Counted from the first letter of the stretch, positions 30,083-41,041 are shown. The stretch is 64,000 nucleotides of DNA from Candidatus Poribacteria bacterium (GCA_965197475.1 CBDANF010000003.1:2464001-2528000); one strand, 5' to 3'. Program-made: numbers and translations. The notes: generated from the sequence alone by a model not told the origin.

Positions 30083-32581
30083 TTATGATAAAAACGGAAT
30101 CCAGAATTGAAAGTTGCACCCCTTTTCATTTTCACCTACATCTACCCAGATTTTACCCTTATGCGCTTCAACGAATCCACGCGCGATTGAAAGCCCTAAA
30201 CCGGTGCCACCTTGTTCCCGCGTTTGAACATTCCCGAGTTGTCGAAACTTATCAAAGACGTTTTCGCGATCTTGAGCAGGGATACCAGGTCCTGTGTCTA
30301 TCACTTCAACATGGATGCCATCGTTTTTGTCTGTATCGGTAGTCCTATCTTCTAACGGATAATTCTTGCGCGCCAGTTGGACCTTTACTTCGCCGTTTGA
30401 TGGCGTGAATTTAATGGCGTTTCCAATTAGATTGGTGAAAATCTGACCGAGGTGTTCGGTGTCTCCGGTTAGATCGGATAAATCAGGTTGAACACTCAAA
30501 TCTAATTTGATTGTCTTTTCGTCGGCTTGTGGTTTGAGTTCCTCAAGTCGTTGTTGAGCGATTTCAGCAACGTTTACCGGTTCAAGTTTCATTACAATAC
30601 GTCCCGCTTCAATACGCGAGATATCGAGCAAATCATTAATCATCATGGCGAGCCGCTTCGACTGGCGATGTGCGCGTGTTAAACTCTGTTGTTGAACTTC
30701 GTTAAGAGGTCCTGCCTTTCCATCAAGTATCAGTGAGATAAATCCGATGATCGAAGTCAACGGGGTACGCAATTCGTGAGAGACAAGTGCCACAAAATCT
30801 GATTTCATCTTGTCTATCTCATGTTCACGCGTTATATCGTCAAAAACATAGACCATTCCCGCAATACCCACATTTTCATCAGGCAATTCGTCGCCCTTGG
30901 TAGTTGTCTCAATCGAAGAAAACTGACTTGAAACTACACGGAGGATACGATTTTCACCCTCTTGGTCTAAGTTGATCTCAACTGTAGCCCGAGCCTCTTT
31001 CCCATGGGCATTCGCCAAAACAGTTAAGTCTGTGGTGCGTATCAACTCAGTGAAACGATTTGGGAACTGTGCATCCTCACTAAAGTTAAGTAGGTGCTTT
31101 GCGGCAGGGTTAAAGTAAAGGATGTGATCGTTCGTATCAACAACAAGAAGCCCTTCAGCAAGGCAATCAACGATAGTTGTCATCTGTTGTTCGGCAGTGA
31201 TGAGTTTTTCAACAGCGATTTTCAGATTACGGTGCATGTCGTTGAATTCTTGCGCCAACATTCCGACTTCGTTCTTGGTGTCCACAGAAATAAGTTCGGA
31301 TTCCTCATTTTGGTACCATTGCATATTTGCTATCTGTTTTCGGACTTGGTCGGACTCTTCTTGGATAACCTCTTTTGCTTCTTGCCCGATGCGTTTCGCT
31401 GCTTGTGCAAGCTGCATGACCGGTTGGGAAATCTGCTTTGCCACAGCGTAAGCGACTGGCACAACAATAATACACGATAGTATGGTAACCCACAAGACAT
31501 ACTGATTTAGTTTAGCCACGCCTGCATAGGCTTGTGAACTTGGATAAGAAACAAAAACAATCCAATTGGTGAAATTATGCTCATCTTTCCAAAGTTTTAG
31601 TCTTGATCGTTGTGTCCTCGCCCATCCATAAACGCGGGATTCATTGTTACGATCTGCTTCGCCTGCGGCTTCATAGCCGTAGTAATCTCCTTTTTCCTTC
31701 TTTGCCTCAACAATTGCCCTTGTTGCGGCATGTTCCATATACATCTTATCATCTATGTTATACCCGCTTCCTTCTGAAGCAGCAATAATTTTTCCAGATT
31801 GAGTTGTCAGAATTGTATGGGTTTTTTCCATTTCTGGTTGTGTTTCCACTATATTCGAAAGTTCGCGTGTTTCCACTATATTCGAAAGTTCACGTAAAAC
31901 GAGAACAACCCTGAGTATACCAACAATATTGTTTTCAGTTTCTGAAGAAGGTCTTTGATTTCTCATGCGGATTGGGAATGCCACTAAAAGAGAATGCACA
32001 CCGCGCGCAGCATCATAGGTGACATCCTCGGCGTACTCATAACCCAATTTGTTGTTTTCAGTTTTTAGCCACCAATCTTGGTTTTTAACCTGATGAGGGG
32101 GCTTTTCTTTCGGATCGAATCTCGGATCGAAATCTAATTTCGGTTTATTTGAACGAATGACATACCCGTCAGCATTTGTGATAGTTACCTCACTTCCACT
32201 TCTATAGCCGCGTCTTCTATAACCGCCAGCATGAGTCTCTAACAATCGAATACTACTATCTAATTCGCTCCATGCTTTAAAAAAACCATCAAGATTTTCG
32301 TTAACTTTGTTAGTAATAATAATTTTTTGAATATTAGGCAGTTCCGTACGGATTTTTCGTATCTTGTCAGAAATAGCGCGATCTACTCGGAAAAGTTTTT
32401 CTTGTGCAAGTAAAGCCAAACCTTCGCCAACACTGCTTTTCAAAGCGTTTCCTCCTAACACTTTGATAGTCAATGAAACAACTAATAACGGCGTGAGCGA
32501 AACAAGCAGAAACAGAACAACCTGTTGACCACGCAGTCCCATCTTAAACCAAAAACGCATCACAGGTTTTTTGTCCTTCAT
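30083..32581 (-). CDS. Membrane sensor histidine kinase (extracellular sensor-HAMP-PAS-HisKA-HATPase)
   Basis: Two TM segments, SHELRTPL, NLIGNAIKFT, DTGPGI, GTGLGL. Confidence 0.93.
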   Translation of the reverse strand: MKDKKPVMRFWFKMGLRGQQVVLFLLVSLTPLLVVSLTIKVLGGNALKSSVGEGLALLAQEKLFRVDRAISDKIRKIRTELPNIQKIIITNKVNENLDGFFKAWSELDSSIRLLETHAGGYRRRGYRSGSEVTITNADGYVIRSNKPKLDFDPRFDPKEKPPHQVKNQDWWLKTENNKLGYEYAEDVTYDAARGVHSLLVAFPIRMRNQRPSSETENNIVGILRVVLVLRELSNIVETRELSNIVETQPEMEKTHTILTTQSGKIIAASEGSGYNIDDKMYMEHAATRAIVEAKKEKGDYYGYEAAGEADRNNESRVYGWARTQRSRLKLWKDEHNFTNWIVFVSYPSSQAYAGVAKLNQYVLWVTILSCIIVVPVAYAVAKQISQPVMQLAQAAKRIGQEAKEVIQEESDQVRKQIANMQWYQNEESELISVDTKNEVGMLAQEFNDMHRNLKIAVEKLITAEQQMTTIVDCLAEGLLVVDTNDHILYFNPAAKHLLNFSEDAQFPNRFTELIRTTDLTVLANAHGKEARATVEINLDQEGENRILRVVSSQFSSIETTTKGDELPDENVGIAGMVYVFDDITREHEIDKMKSDFVALVSHELRTPLTSIIGFISLILDGKAGPLNEVQQQSLTRAHRQSKRLAMMINDLLDISRIEAGRIVMKLEPVNVAEIAQQRLEELKPQADEKTIKLDLSVQPDLSDLTGDTEHLGQIFTNLIGNAIKFTPSNGEVKVQLARKNYPLEDRTTDTDKNDGIHVEVIDTGPGIPAQDRENVFDKFRQLGNVQTREQGGTGLGLSIARGFVEAHKGKIWVDVGENEKGCNFQFWIPFLS

Positions 32582-32666
32582 TTCTGCTCTCCTGTAGAGG
32601 AAGGCTTCTTCACGTTTGTTCAGAAACTCATGCCGCATTAGCGAGTACTATGTTGAATCCCCCAAC

Positions 32667-33002
32667 TTACGAAAAAGCGTTGCGCGCGGCCTCCTCAGTC
32701 TCGTATACCTCTAAAATTGACGTAAGACGTGTAACTTCCAATATGCTGCTGACGGCTTTTTGCGGATTCAGCAGCACCAATTTTCCACCCGATCTTTGCA
32801 AAACTTGTAGTGTCACAATTATGACACCAAGTGCAGTGCTGTCAAGGAGTGGGACGTTCTTTAAATCAATAATCAGTTTATTGTTCCCATTTTGCAGTTG
32901 CTGTTCTATCTCCTCACTGAACTGTATAACTGTATTGCCAATAATTTTTCCCTCAACGTGGACAACTGCAGTATTTTGAGCGTCTGTTGTAATATCAAAC
33001 AT
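32667..33002 (-). CDS. STAS anti-sigma-factor antagonist (second)
   Basis: LDSTALG motif; GGAG RBS. Confidence 0.88.
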   Translation of the reverse strand: MFDITTDAQNTAVVHVEGKIIGNTVIQFSEEIEQQLQNGNNKLIIDLKNVPLLDSTALGVIIVTLQVLQRSGGKLVLLNPQKAVSSILEVTRLTSILEVYETEEAARNAFS

Positions 33003-33046
33003 TCCATAAATCTCCTTCCCTGGTGAGCTGCTATTGCCAAACAAAT

Positions 33047-33255
33047 TATAGTAAAGCTTGTAATTCAGGACTTACGCAGCTGGTTCACAAGTTCCCTTGA
33101 TAAGGGGGATTTAGGGGGTTAAAATACCGAAATAACGACTTTTTAAGTCCAATATTTCCTTTTTTTACTCAATTTGCGTAAGTTCTGTAATTATTGAGAC
33201 ACCGTTGATAGCGCGCCTACAAGCGAGTGTCTACTTATCTCTATACTTTACTATA
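33047..33255. mobile_element. IS630-A-type MITE containing a nested MITE (33066-33187, TSD TAATT)
   Basis: Outer ends TATAGTAAAG/CTTTACTATA; inner TIR CAGGACTTACGCA/TGCGTAAGTTCTG with 5-bp duplication. Confidence 0.75.
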
Positions 33256-33305
33256 AATCATCACATAACGCAACTACAGACAAGAACCGTAAGTTGCCTG
33301 AATTC

Positions 33306-33980
33306 TTAACTCCCTGTATCAACACGACTTATAACAATGTAGTTGCGATTAAGTTGTGCAATACGGCTTGTGTGCACCCTTTCAATTTTTGCACCAAGTT
33401 GATGCAGTGCTTTCTCGCTTTGGAGAATCTCCTTATCTTTCTCATTGGATTTATAGGCTATCCATCTACCGGTAGCGTTAAGCAACGGCAAACAATATGT
33501 TGCTGACTTTGTCAGCGCGGCAACATAACGTGTCAAGACCCAATCGTAAGTATTTACAAACGCATCGCTTTCAGCACAAATTTCAGCACGTTTCGCGAAA
33601 ACCTGAATTGATGTATCAAATCCTAATTGAGAAATCAGATATTTGAGAAATGCAACCTTCTTATGAGAGGCTTCAACAAGCGTGAGACGAATATCGGGGA
33701 TATAGATTTTAAGCACAACTCCCGGAAAACCGGCACCGGTCCCAACGTCAATAACGGTGTGTCCTGCCTCAATAGTCCAATGTTCAAGGACACTTACGGA
33801 ATCAAGGAAATGTTTGTAGATCACCTCTGTGTCGTCACGAAGTGCCGTTAGGTTAATATGCGTGTTCCACCGTTTCAATTCCGAGTGATACACGGTCAAC
33901 TGTTCAATCTGCGTTGATGTCAGTGGAAATCCGTAACGGTTGAAAACTTGTTTAAGTAAATGGCGAAATTGTGTCTCCAT
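33306..33980 (-). CDS. rsmG: 16S rRNA m7G527 methyltransferase
   Basis: WN..INLTA, KHFLDS, DVGTGAGFPG; downstream of mnmG. Confidence 0.95.
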   Translation of the reverse strand: METQFRHLLKQVFNRYGFPLTSTQIEQLTVYHSELKRWNTHINLTALRDDTEVIYKHFLDSVSVLEHWTIEAGHTVIDVGTGAGFPGVVLKIYIPDIRLTLVEASHKKVAFLKYLISQLGFDTSIQVFAKRAEICAESDAFVNTYDWVLTRYVAALTKSATYCLPLLNATGRWIAYKSNEKDKEILQSEKALHQLGAKIERVHTSRIAQLNRNYIVISRVDTGS

Positions 33981-34035
33981 GTTTTTAGCAATGACTATTC
34001 TAATTCAAAGTCGCAGAAACCTCCCGAGTGTTGCG

Positions 34036-35910
34036 TTATCGGTTTTGCTGATGCAGCATGACCATTAAAATTGAGATGTCCGCGGGGGAAACGCCAGGAA
34101 GCCGCGACGCTTGCCCTATAGAAGCAGGACGAATTTTTTCGAGTTTCTCACGTGCTTCCGTTTTCAACCCGCGTACATCCACATAGTGGAACGTATCCGG
34201 TATGCGGAGGTTCTCCAATTTTTTGAACTGATGAATCTGTCGTTGTTGCCGTTGGATATAACCATCGTATTTAATTTGGATTTCGACCTGTTCTGTAACC
34301 GCAGATGGCAGATCTTTTGATGATGGTGCCAGACACGCTATGTGTTCATAACAGAGTTCAGGACGTTTGAGCAGGTCTGCCAACAACGTAGGCTGCTTCA
34401 ACGCCCCAGTTTTGACGATATTTGTCAACCTATCAACGGTCATTGCGTTGGGTATTAGACGCGTTTCACCCAACCGCTTAAGTTCTGACTGAATAAATGA
34501 CGCTTTCTGTTGGAATCTGTTGTATGTGTCATCATCAACAAGTCCAATCTGTCTACCGATTTCGGTGAGGCGCAGATCGGCATTATCCTCTCGTAAAGCT
34601 AACCTATATTCCGCACGCGATGTGAACATGCGGTAGGGTTCACGGATGTCCAACGTAACCAAATCGTCAATGAGAACGGCTATGTAGGCTTGGGACCTGT
34701 CAAGGATGAGGGATTCTTCACCTTTTACCTTCAACGCGGCATTGATTCCCGCCATCAATCCTTGCGCTGCGGCTTCCTCATAACCGGTAGTGCCGTTAAG
34801 TTGCCCTGCGAAATAGAGCCCAGGAACCCCTTTTGTCTCAAGTGTCGGTTGGAGTTGGGTAGCAGGTGCAAAGTCATATTCGACAGCGTATCCAAAGCGC
34901 ATAATCTCTGCGTTCTCTAATCCTTTGATACTATGCACCATGTCCACCTGCACATCTTCAGGCAAGCTTGCAGAAATGCCGTTGAGGTATATCTCATCGG
35001 TATCTAAACCTTCCGGTTCAACAAAGACCTGATGTTTCGTTTTTTCGGCAAAACGGACAACTTTATCTTCAATTGAGGGACAATAACGGGGTCCGATGCC
35101 GACGATGCGACCACTGTACATCGCGGAACGGTGAAGGTTTTTTCGGATAACGTCATGTGTTTTTTCATTGGTATAGGTAAGGTAACACGGTACTTGCGGC
35201 TGCGTAATACGTTCAGTAGAAAATGAGAACGGAAGCGGATCTTCATCACCCGGTTGAATTTCCATCTGGTTAATGTCAATGGTGTGTGCATTCACACGAG
35301 GTGGTGTGCCCGTTTTGAGCCTGCCAATCTCAAAGCCAAGGTTCAGAAAACTTTCAGAGAGTTTTTCGGCAGAGGATTCGCCTGCCCTGCCAGCACTATA
35401 CGACACATCTCCGATATGAATTAACCCTCTCAAAAAAGTGCCTGTTGTTAGAATCACAGCATTTCCAAAATAAGCAGTCTGTGTTTGGCTTTTAATCCCA
35501 ACGCACCGTCCATTTTCGGTAAGCAATTCTTCCACTAATACTTGTTTGATGTCAAGCCGTTCTTGCCTTTCCAACACACGCTTCATCTCATCTTGGTAAG
35601 CCTTTTTGTCTGCCTGTGCGCGGCTTGATCGTACCGCCGGCCCCTTTTTGGTATTCAAGCGGCGGAATTGGATGCCGGTCTTATCAATGTTTTTTGCCAT
35701 CTCCCCGCCGAGCGCGTCTATCTCCTTCACGAGATGCCCTTTGGCGAGTCCACCGATAGCAGGATTGCAAGACATCTTTGCAATAGTATCCAGATTGATG
35801 GTGACGATGAGTGTTTCACAACCCATGCGCGCAGCGGCAAGCGCAGCTTCACATCCAGCATGGCCTGCTCCTACAACAATAACATCGTAATTTTTGTGAT
35901 ATGTATTCAT
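34036..35910 (-). CDS. mnmG: tRNA uridine-5-carboxymethylaminomethyl modification enzyme
   Basis: GAGHAGCEAA, MSCNPAIGG, GPRYCPSIEDK, GTTGYEEAAAQG. Confidence 0.98.
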   Translation of the reverse strand: MNTYHKNYDVIVVGAGHAGCEAALAAARMGCETLIVTINLDTIAKMSCNPAIGGLAKGHLVKEIDALGGEMAKNIDKTGIQFRRLNTKKGPAVRSSRAQADKKAYQDEMKRVLERQERLDIKQVLVEELLTENGRCVGIKSQTQTAYFGNAVILTTGTFLRGLIHIGDVSYSAGRAGESSAEKLSESFLNLGFEIGRLKTGTPPRVNAHTIDINQMEIQPGDEDPLPFSFSTERITQPQVPCYLTYTNEKTHDVIRKNLHRSAMYSGRIVGIGPRYCPSIEDKVVRFAEKTKHQVFVEPEGLDTDEIYLNGISASLPEDVQVDMVHSIKGLENAEIMRFGYAVEYDFAPATQLQPTLETKGVPGLYFAGQLNGTTGYEEAAAQGLMAGINAALKVKGEESLILDRSQAYIAVLIDDLVTLDIREPYRMFTSRAEYRLALREDNADLRLTEIGRQIGLVDDDTYNRFQQKASFIQSELKRLGETRLIPNAMTVDRLTNIVKTGALKQPTLLADLLKRPELCYEHIACLAPSSKDLPSAVTEQVEIQIKYDGYIQRQQRQIHQFKKLENLRIPDTFHYVDVRGLKTEAREKLEKIRPASIGQASRLPGVSPADISILMVMLHQQNR

Positions 35911-35967
35911 CTTTCGTAGAATTTTTATGATATGGGTATCCTACTGATTCCGGTCCATTTGAAAACT

Positions 35968-36396
35968 TTAATTCCCTTCAGGTTCCGGGTCAGCGATACT
36001 CACAAAGTAATTCGGTTCCGCGTGCTCAACACCAGGAACAGTAACCAATTCCTCTATAATCGGCAAAACATCAAAGTCACCTATATATATAACTTCAGCA
36101 CGAATAAAATCAAATATATCCGTTACCTCTGGTTTGTACCCTTTTTCGGCAAGAAACTTTTTCACAGCAGGTATAGGTGAAGTGTGTTGTGCCCAAGTTG
36201 CTTCATCGTACTGTACTAATATGACACCGCATTCATACTCACTATCCTGTTGACAAGGTTCGCCAGATGCCGGGCCTTCAGTAATCGGTTCAGGTAAAAC
36301 TTTGTCAATAGGAGATGGTTCAGGTTCCATCTGTTTCTCACACCCGATAAGAATCCCAATGCTGAGTATAACTATAAAAAGTGTAAAAAATCTCAT
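35968..36396 (-). CDS. Lipoprotein with subtilase-propeptide-like C-terminal domain
   Basis: Lipobox LIGC; ...PGVEHAEPNY. Confidence 0.65.
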   Translation of the reverse strand: MRFFTLFIVILSIGILIGCEKQMEPEPSPIDKVLPEPITEGPASGEPCQQDSEYECGVILVQYDEATWAQHTSPIPAVKKFLAEKGYKPEVTDIFDFIRAEVIYIGDFDVLPIIEELVTVPGVEHAEPNYFVSIADPEPEGN

Positions 36397-37346
36397 TTTT
36401 TACCTCCTAGTCCTTTATAAATAATGTTAAGAACAAGTGTGCCCACAATCTCCAAACTTTTCGGACTACATTTGTCCACTGTATCTTCAAGCGTATGCCA
36501 GTGCGGATAATCAAAATCAATAATATTAACCATCGGTATGCCAGCTTTGATTAACGGAACATGGTCATCCATGACTGCGGGACCTAATTTGCGTTGAAAT
36601 GGGGCTAAACCGAGGTTTTCCGCCTGCTTCCAGATGGCATCCGCAAATTCGCGGTTTGCCACCCAAGAGTATCGTTCTATTGGTATCTGTAAATCCTTAT
36701 CGCCGATCATATCCAAAAGAATGCCGTAGTCGGGTTCCCATTTTCCCATGTTTTTTGCGAAGTAGCGGGACCCCATGAACATTTGGTCGGTTGTTTTTCC
36801 ATAATCCTCGCCATCAAACAAAATAATAATAATTCGTTTCGGTGGTGGTGTTTCCTTTAATATCCTTGCGATTTCAAGTAAAACTGCCACACCTGAGGCA
36901 CCATCATTCGCTCCAACAATAGGCTCACGCTGATTTTCCTGATTCGGGTCTTTATCAGCACAAGGGCGCGTGTCCCAATGTGCTGCGAGAAGAAGTGTTT
37001 CACTATGACTACTGCCGAATTCAGCGATGATGTTGTTCATGTGCAGCGTTTTGCGTTGCGGTGGAACAGTATTCGTATCTACATCATAAGTGTAGGGTTG
37101 AAGCGTCACAGTATCAGCATATTTCTTGAGTTCGGTGAAAAGATAGTCCCTTGTTTTCCGATGTGCTTCTGAATCCGGAGGGCGCGGTCCGAATTCACAC
37201 TGCTTTTTCAATATTTCAAAGGCACGGTTGCTGTCAAAGGACAAAAATGCTTTTCGCGATGGTGAGTTCGTTGGCTCCGCACACGCCCAAGTGAATATTC
37301 CACAACATAGGGCTAAAACGAGAACGATCAATTGTATGATTTTCAT
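36393..37346 (-). CDS. M28 peptidase / glutaminyl cyclase family
   Basis: AHWDTRP, GANDGASG, FDGED, LLDMIG, DDH, WHT..D. Confidence 0.9.
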   Translation of the reverse strand: MKIIQLIVLVLALCCGIFTWACAEPTNSPSRKAFLSFDSNRAFEILKKQCEFGPRPPDSEAHRKTRDYLFTELKKYADTVTLQPYTYDVDTNTVPPQRKTLHMNNIIAEFGSSHSETLLLAAHWDTRPCADKDPNQENQREPIVGANDGASGVAVLLEIARILKETPPPKRIIIILFDGEDYGKTTDQMFMGSRYFAKNMGKWEPDYGILLDMIGDKDLQIPIERYSWVANREFADAIWKQAENLGLAPFQRKLGPAVMDDHVPLIKAGIPMVNIIDFDYPHWHTLEDTVDKCSPKSLEIVGTLVLNIIYKGLGGKK

Positions 37347-37494
37347 TGACAGCACGCCTATTATTATTATTAAAAGTAAATATGGAAATCAGAGAGATCA
37401 ATTTAAAATTGAATACTTTCAATCTATCTCACCTGACTTCCTATTTTAACAGATTTGTTTTATATTGTAAAGCCTATTATTGCCTAAAGACTAC

Positions 37495-37643
37495 AGCCTA
37501 TCTCATAAATCGTTAAACACGGTTCCGTTCAGAGAATCCAACTTCATCGTAGGGGCGGGTCTCTGTGCCTGCCCGTTGTTTCCGTTCTCAAGACATGGCG
37601 AGGCACAGAGACCTCGCCCTACAAATGATTTATGAGATACGCC
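37495..37643. mobile_element. MITE (TIR GCCTATCTCATAAATC / GATTTATGAGATACGC) enclosing REP doublet 37549-37622
   Basis: Inner GTAGGGGCGGGTCTCTGTGCCTGCC ... GGCGAGGCACAGAGACCTCGCCCTAC inverted pair. Confidence 0.7.
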
Positions 37644-37755
37644 CTATACACTGCGCCTACTTTAGTATAATGTAAGAGGCGCGTGAATTGCGCGACTACA
37701 ACGCTACAATGCTAAAAATAGATGTATTGGTCTTTAGATTTACTATAAGGTATGC

Positions 37756-38355
37756 TTACACTGCGCGCCTACCTTCTAAAGCTTTCGCGAGGGTCACTTG
37801 GTCAATATATTCTAAATCTCCTCCAATAGGAATACCGTAGGCGATTCGGGTGACGCTTACCTGAAACTGTTCAAGTTGCTGCGTAAGGTAAAGTGCTGTT
37901 GCCTGTCCTTCTGTGTCCCAGTTGGTAGCGAGGATAACCTCTTTGACAGTGCCATTGTGGACTCGGTTAAAGAGAGTCTTTATTCGTAGAGAATCTGGAC
38001 CGACCCCATCTAATGGTGACAAAACGCCTCCGAGAACATGATAAAGCCCTTTATAGCTTTCAGTTCGTTCAATCGCCCATAGATCGTCGGGTTGTTCAAC
38101 AACACAGATTTCCTGTTGGTCGCGCCTCGGATTTGAGCATATCTGACACGGGTTAATGTCGGTGATAGTACCACATATCTTGCAATCTGACAAGTTTTTT
38201 TTAACTTCCAAGATTGCTTCTGCGATTTGGTTGGTCTCCATGTCCGGTAGTGTTAGCATAAAAAAAGCTAAACGTTGCGCGGTTTTGGGACCAACTGTCG
38301 GAAGTTTTTGGAGCTGCATGATGAGCCTCTCCAACGGTTGCGGGTAGCCTTGCAT
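37756..38355 (-). CDS. recR: Recombination mediator RecR
   Basis: LPTVGPKTAQRLA, C4 Zn finger, YHVLGG.LSP, Toprim domain. Confidence 0.97.
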   Translation of the reverse strand: MQGYPQPLERLIMQLQKLPTVGPKTAQRLAFFMLTLPDMETNQIAEAILEVKKNLSDCKICGTITDINPCQICSNPRRDQQEICVVEQPDDLWAIERTESYKGLYHVLGGVLSPLDGVGPDSLRIKTLFNRVHNGTVKEVILATNWDTEGQATALYLTQQLEQFQVSVTRIAYGIPIGGDLEYIDQVTLAKALEGRRAV

Positions 38356-38425
38356 GTTTTCGCCTACTGCTTCGGTTGAATATTGCGACAGATCTTAGAG
38401 AAAATTATTGTTCATCAATCCGTTG

Positions 38426-38734
38426 TTACGGTAGCCCCGGAATCTTGAGACCGCCGGTTAGTTTGCTCATCTCTTCAGACATCAATTCTTGCGATTGTTG
38501 CAACGCCTCGTTCACAGCGGCGACGACTAAATCTTCAAGCATTTCAGTGTCATCTGGGTCAACAACTTCCGGTGTAATGTGGAGTGAAACAAGTTCCTGT
38601 TGCCCATTGACAATGGCAGTGACCATGCCGCCTCCGACGGTTGCCTCGACAGTCTGGTTTGCGAGTTCTTCTCGGATTTCGAGCATACGTTTCTGCATCT
38701 GCTGCGCCTGTTTCATCAAATCATTCATTTTCAT
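38426..38734 (-). CDS. ybaB: YbaB/EbfC nucleoid-associated protein
   Basis: MKQAQQMQ, GGGMV, EMLEDLVVAAVNEA; located between dnaX and recR. Confidence 0.95.
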   Translation of the reverse strand: MKMNDLMKQAQQMQKRMLEIREELANQTVEATVGGGMVTAIVNGQQELVSLHITPEVVDPDDTEMLEDLVVAAVNEALQQSQELMSEEMSKLTGGLKIPGLP

Positions 38735-38779
38735 AATAGCAAATGGTTCCGATTCTCAAAAGAGAAATGGAATATCTCC

Positions 38780-40540
38780 TTATCGGGTTTCTAAAATTCT
38801 TGCGTCAAATATATCAAGCACGGGTCTGATTTGTTCATCTTCTTCGGCTTGGATTCTACGCATCATAGGTGTTGTTTTTACTTCTTCTTCAGACAATTCA
38901 GTGGCTTCATCCGTTTGTGGTGCCACTTTTTCTTTAACAAGTTCAATCTGAACCGGTTTTCCGAGGACATCATTAAAAATCCTATTGATGTTTTGTTTTG
39001 CCTCATTATCAGCTAAAGAAAAACTTGCTTGAGGACAATTGATTTTTATCCGATCTTCTCCATCTGCAGTTGGCACCGCATTCTCAAACAACCCAAGGGC
39101 TAATATACGTGGAAGTCGCTGTTTCACCTCTTCCCAAATGGTAGGTAATTCATCTAAACTACGAACTGCTATTTGATCAGACTGATCCATATTTGAAACT
39201 GGTTCACTCTTTTCTGGATCCTGTTTTGGAGGCGTTTGAGGTGGGGGTTCTGATTCAAGTGAAGAGCGAATAGGGTTTTCTACTTCAAATGTCGGTTGGC
39301 GTGTTTTACTTTTGTGGATATCGGAAAGCGTGGATTGTGAAGTGGTCTCTGGTTCCGCTTCGGAACTACCAATTTTTTGTTCTATGGCAATCAGTTTGTT
39401 GACAATTTCGTCAAGTTGAATACCTTCTCTAATAGCGTTAATCTGAATTAACGCACTCTCAAGCTGCAATTGGACATAACCGTATTCTTTGATTTCGCGA
39501 TTGGTGTGCATCAGGATTTTTATGATCCGAGACAACCGATCTACTGAAATTTGTTCTGCTTTTTCCTTGAGTGCTGAAAGTTCAGATTTTGGACTCTGGA
39601 TAAGTTCCTCAAGTTGGTTATCAATAGCGAGGAGCCGCAGGTCACGGAAATAGGCGATGAGTTGGTGGAGGCATTGTGCCAAATCCATGCCTTGTTTGGA
39701 TAGTTTGTTTAATGTCGCAAGAGCCGCAGCAAGGTTCCGCGCTGTGATCGCCTCCGTAAGTTCGTGAAGAAGGAAACTTGAACCGAGCCCAAGTGTCTCT
39801 TCAACATTCGATAGTGTCAACTCTTTCCCAGCGGATGAGACCAAGCGTTCAAGAAGATTTTCTGCATCACGGAGACACCCCTCGGATTGACGGGCGATGA
39901 GCGAAAGCACTTCACTCTCTGCGGAAATATCTTCATCATCGGCTATAAGTTGTAAGCGAGAAATTATTTGATCGGGGATGAGATTCCGAAAATCAAAGTC
40001 TTGGCAACGGGATATGATAGTCTTCGGAATTTGCGAATGTTCAGTAGTCGCCATGATGAAAATCACATGCGGCGGCGGTTCCTCAAGTGTTTTGAGTAAC
40101 GCGTTGAACCCTTCTGAGGTGAGCATGTGAACTTCATCTATGATGTAGATTTTATACTTATAAGCTGCAGGGGAGAGTTTGACGTTCTCACGAAGATCAC
40201 GAATCGTGTCAATTCCACGGTTGGAAGCGGCATCCATTTCTCTGACATCAAAAGATGAACCTTGTGTAATTGAATCACAAGCTTCACATTGATTGCACGG
40301 TTCTCCAGTAATTACTGAACCTACCTCGGTTTCTTGTGTGGGATTCAGGCAGTTGACAGCTTTGGCAAGAAGACGTGCGACTGTTGTTTTACCGGTGCCT
40401 CTTGGACCCCAAAAAAGATACGCGTGACCGAGACGCTCAGACCGAATTTGGTTCTGTAGCGTGGTTGTCACGTGCGCCTGTCCAACAACATCGCGGAAGC
40501 ACTGAGGGCGCCATTTCTGTGCAAAAACTTCATAAGACAT
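38780..40540 (-). CDS. dnaX: DNA polymerase III gamma/tau
   Basis: KWRP, GPRGTGKTT, IIDEVHML, NALLKTLEEPP, SRC. Confidence 0.97.
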   Translation of the reverse strand: MSYEVFAQKWRPQCFRDVVGQAHVTTTLQNQIRSERLGHAYLFWGPRGTGKTTVARLLAKAVNCLNPTQETEVGSVITGEPCNQCEACDSITQGSSFDVREMDAASNRGIDTIRDLRENVKLSPAAYKYKIYIIDEVHMLTSEGFNALLKTLEEPPPHVIFIMATTEHSQIPKTIISRCQDFDFRNLIPDQIISRLQLIADDEDISAESEVLSLIARQSEGCLRDAENLLERLVSSAGKELTLSNVEETLGLGSSFLLHELTEAITARNLAAALATLNKLSKQGMDLAQCLHQLIAYFRDLRLLAIDNQLEELIQSPKSELSALKEKAEQISVDRLSRIIKILMHTNREIKEYGYVQLQLESALIQINAIREGIQLDEIVNKLIAIEQKIGSSEAEPETTSQSTLSDIHKSKTRQPTFEVENPIRSSLESEPPPQTPPKQDPEKSEPVSNMDQSDQIAVRSLDELPTIWEEVKQRLPRILALGLFENAVPTADGEDRIKINCPQASFSLADNEAKQNINRIFNDVLGKPVQIELVKEKVAPQTDEATELSEEEVKTTPMMRRIQAEEDEQIRPVLDIFDARILETR

Positions 40541-40683
40541 GCTTAATAACCTTAGACAGGCAAATATAGAACCTTATATTTACTACGCGTAGATAGCAAG
40601 ACGATGTGCAAACTCAAAAGCACACCTTTGAAATTGGCAGGTGATGTGTAGCATTGAAACACCACATACATTAAAATATAAAT

Positions 40684-40953
40684 GGCTATGCACCCAGAGT
40701 TGACAAGCCTTTCCGGGCGTTGCCCATGTCGTTGGCTCAAGCCAGGCTACCTTGCGTCACACGAGAAAACTTATCTGCCGCTGCTTCTTTCCAGACCTGA
40801 CGGGGTTCAACAAGCTCTCGTTGCTCAAGACCTAGCTATCAACGCTACGTGCATGGGACAGTCCCCACAAAGACAGGCCGCATACTGGGAATTCCGTTCT
40901 GCTATAGCGGATTGCAGATACAGGGCACCGCTACCTCCCCACCTAGCATAGCC
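40684..40953 (-). ncRNA. ffs: SRP RNA, large (Alu-domain-containing) bacterial type
   Basis: 5' GGCTATGCTAGGTGGGGAGGTAGCGGTGCCCTGTA.CTGCAATCCGCT; domain IV TCAGGTCTGGAAAGAAGCAGC; paired ends; upstream of dnaX. Confidence 0.93.
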
Positions 40954-41041
40954 AAGCCGTTAAAGTTGTTCATCAAATGTGAAATATGCTGGTCGGGATA
41001 CGATCAGTTGCCGCGTAAAAAACCGACCTTACTCCTAAAAA

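Noticed and set aside
38780-40540. Programmed dnaX gamma frameshift
   Set aside because: No clear A AAA AAG slippery site with a stimulatory hairpin was identified at the expected position.
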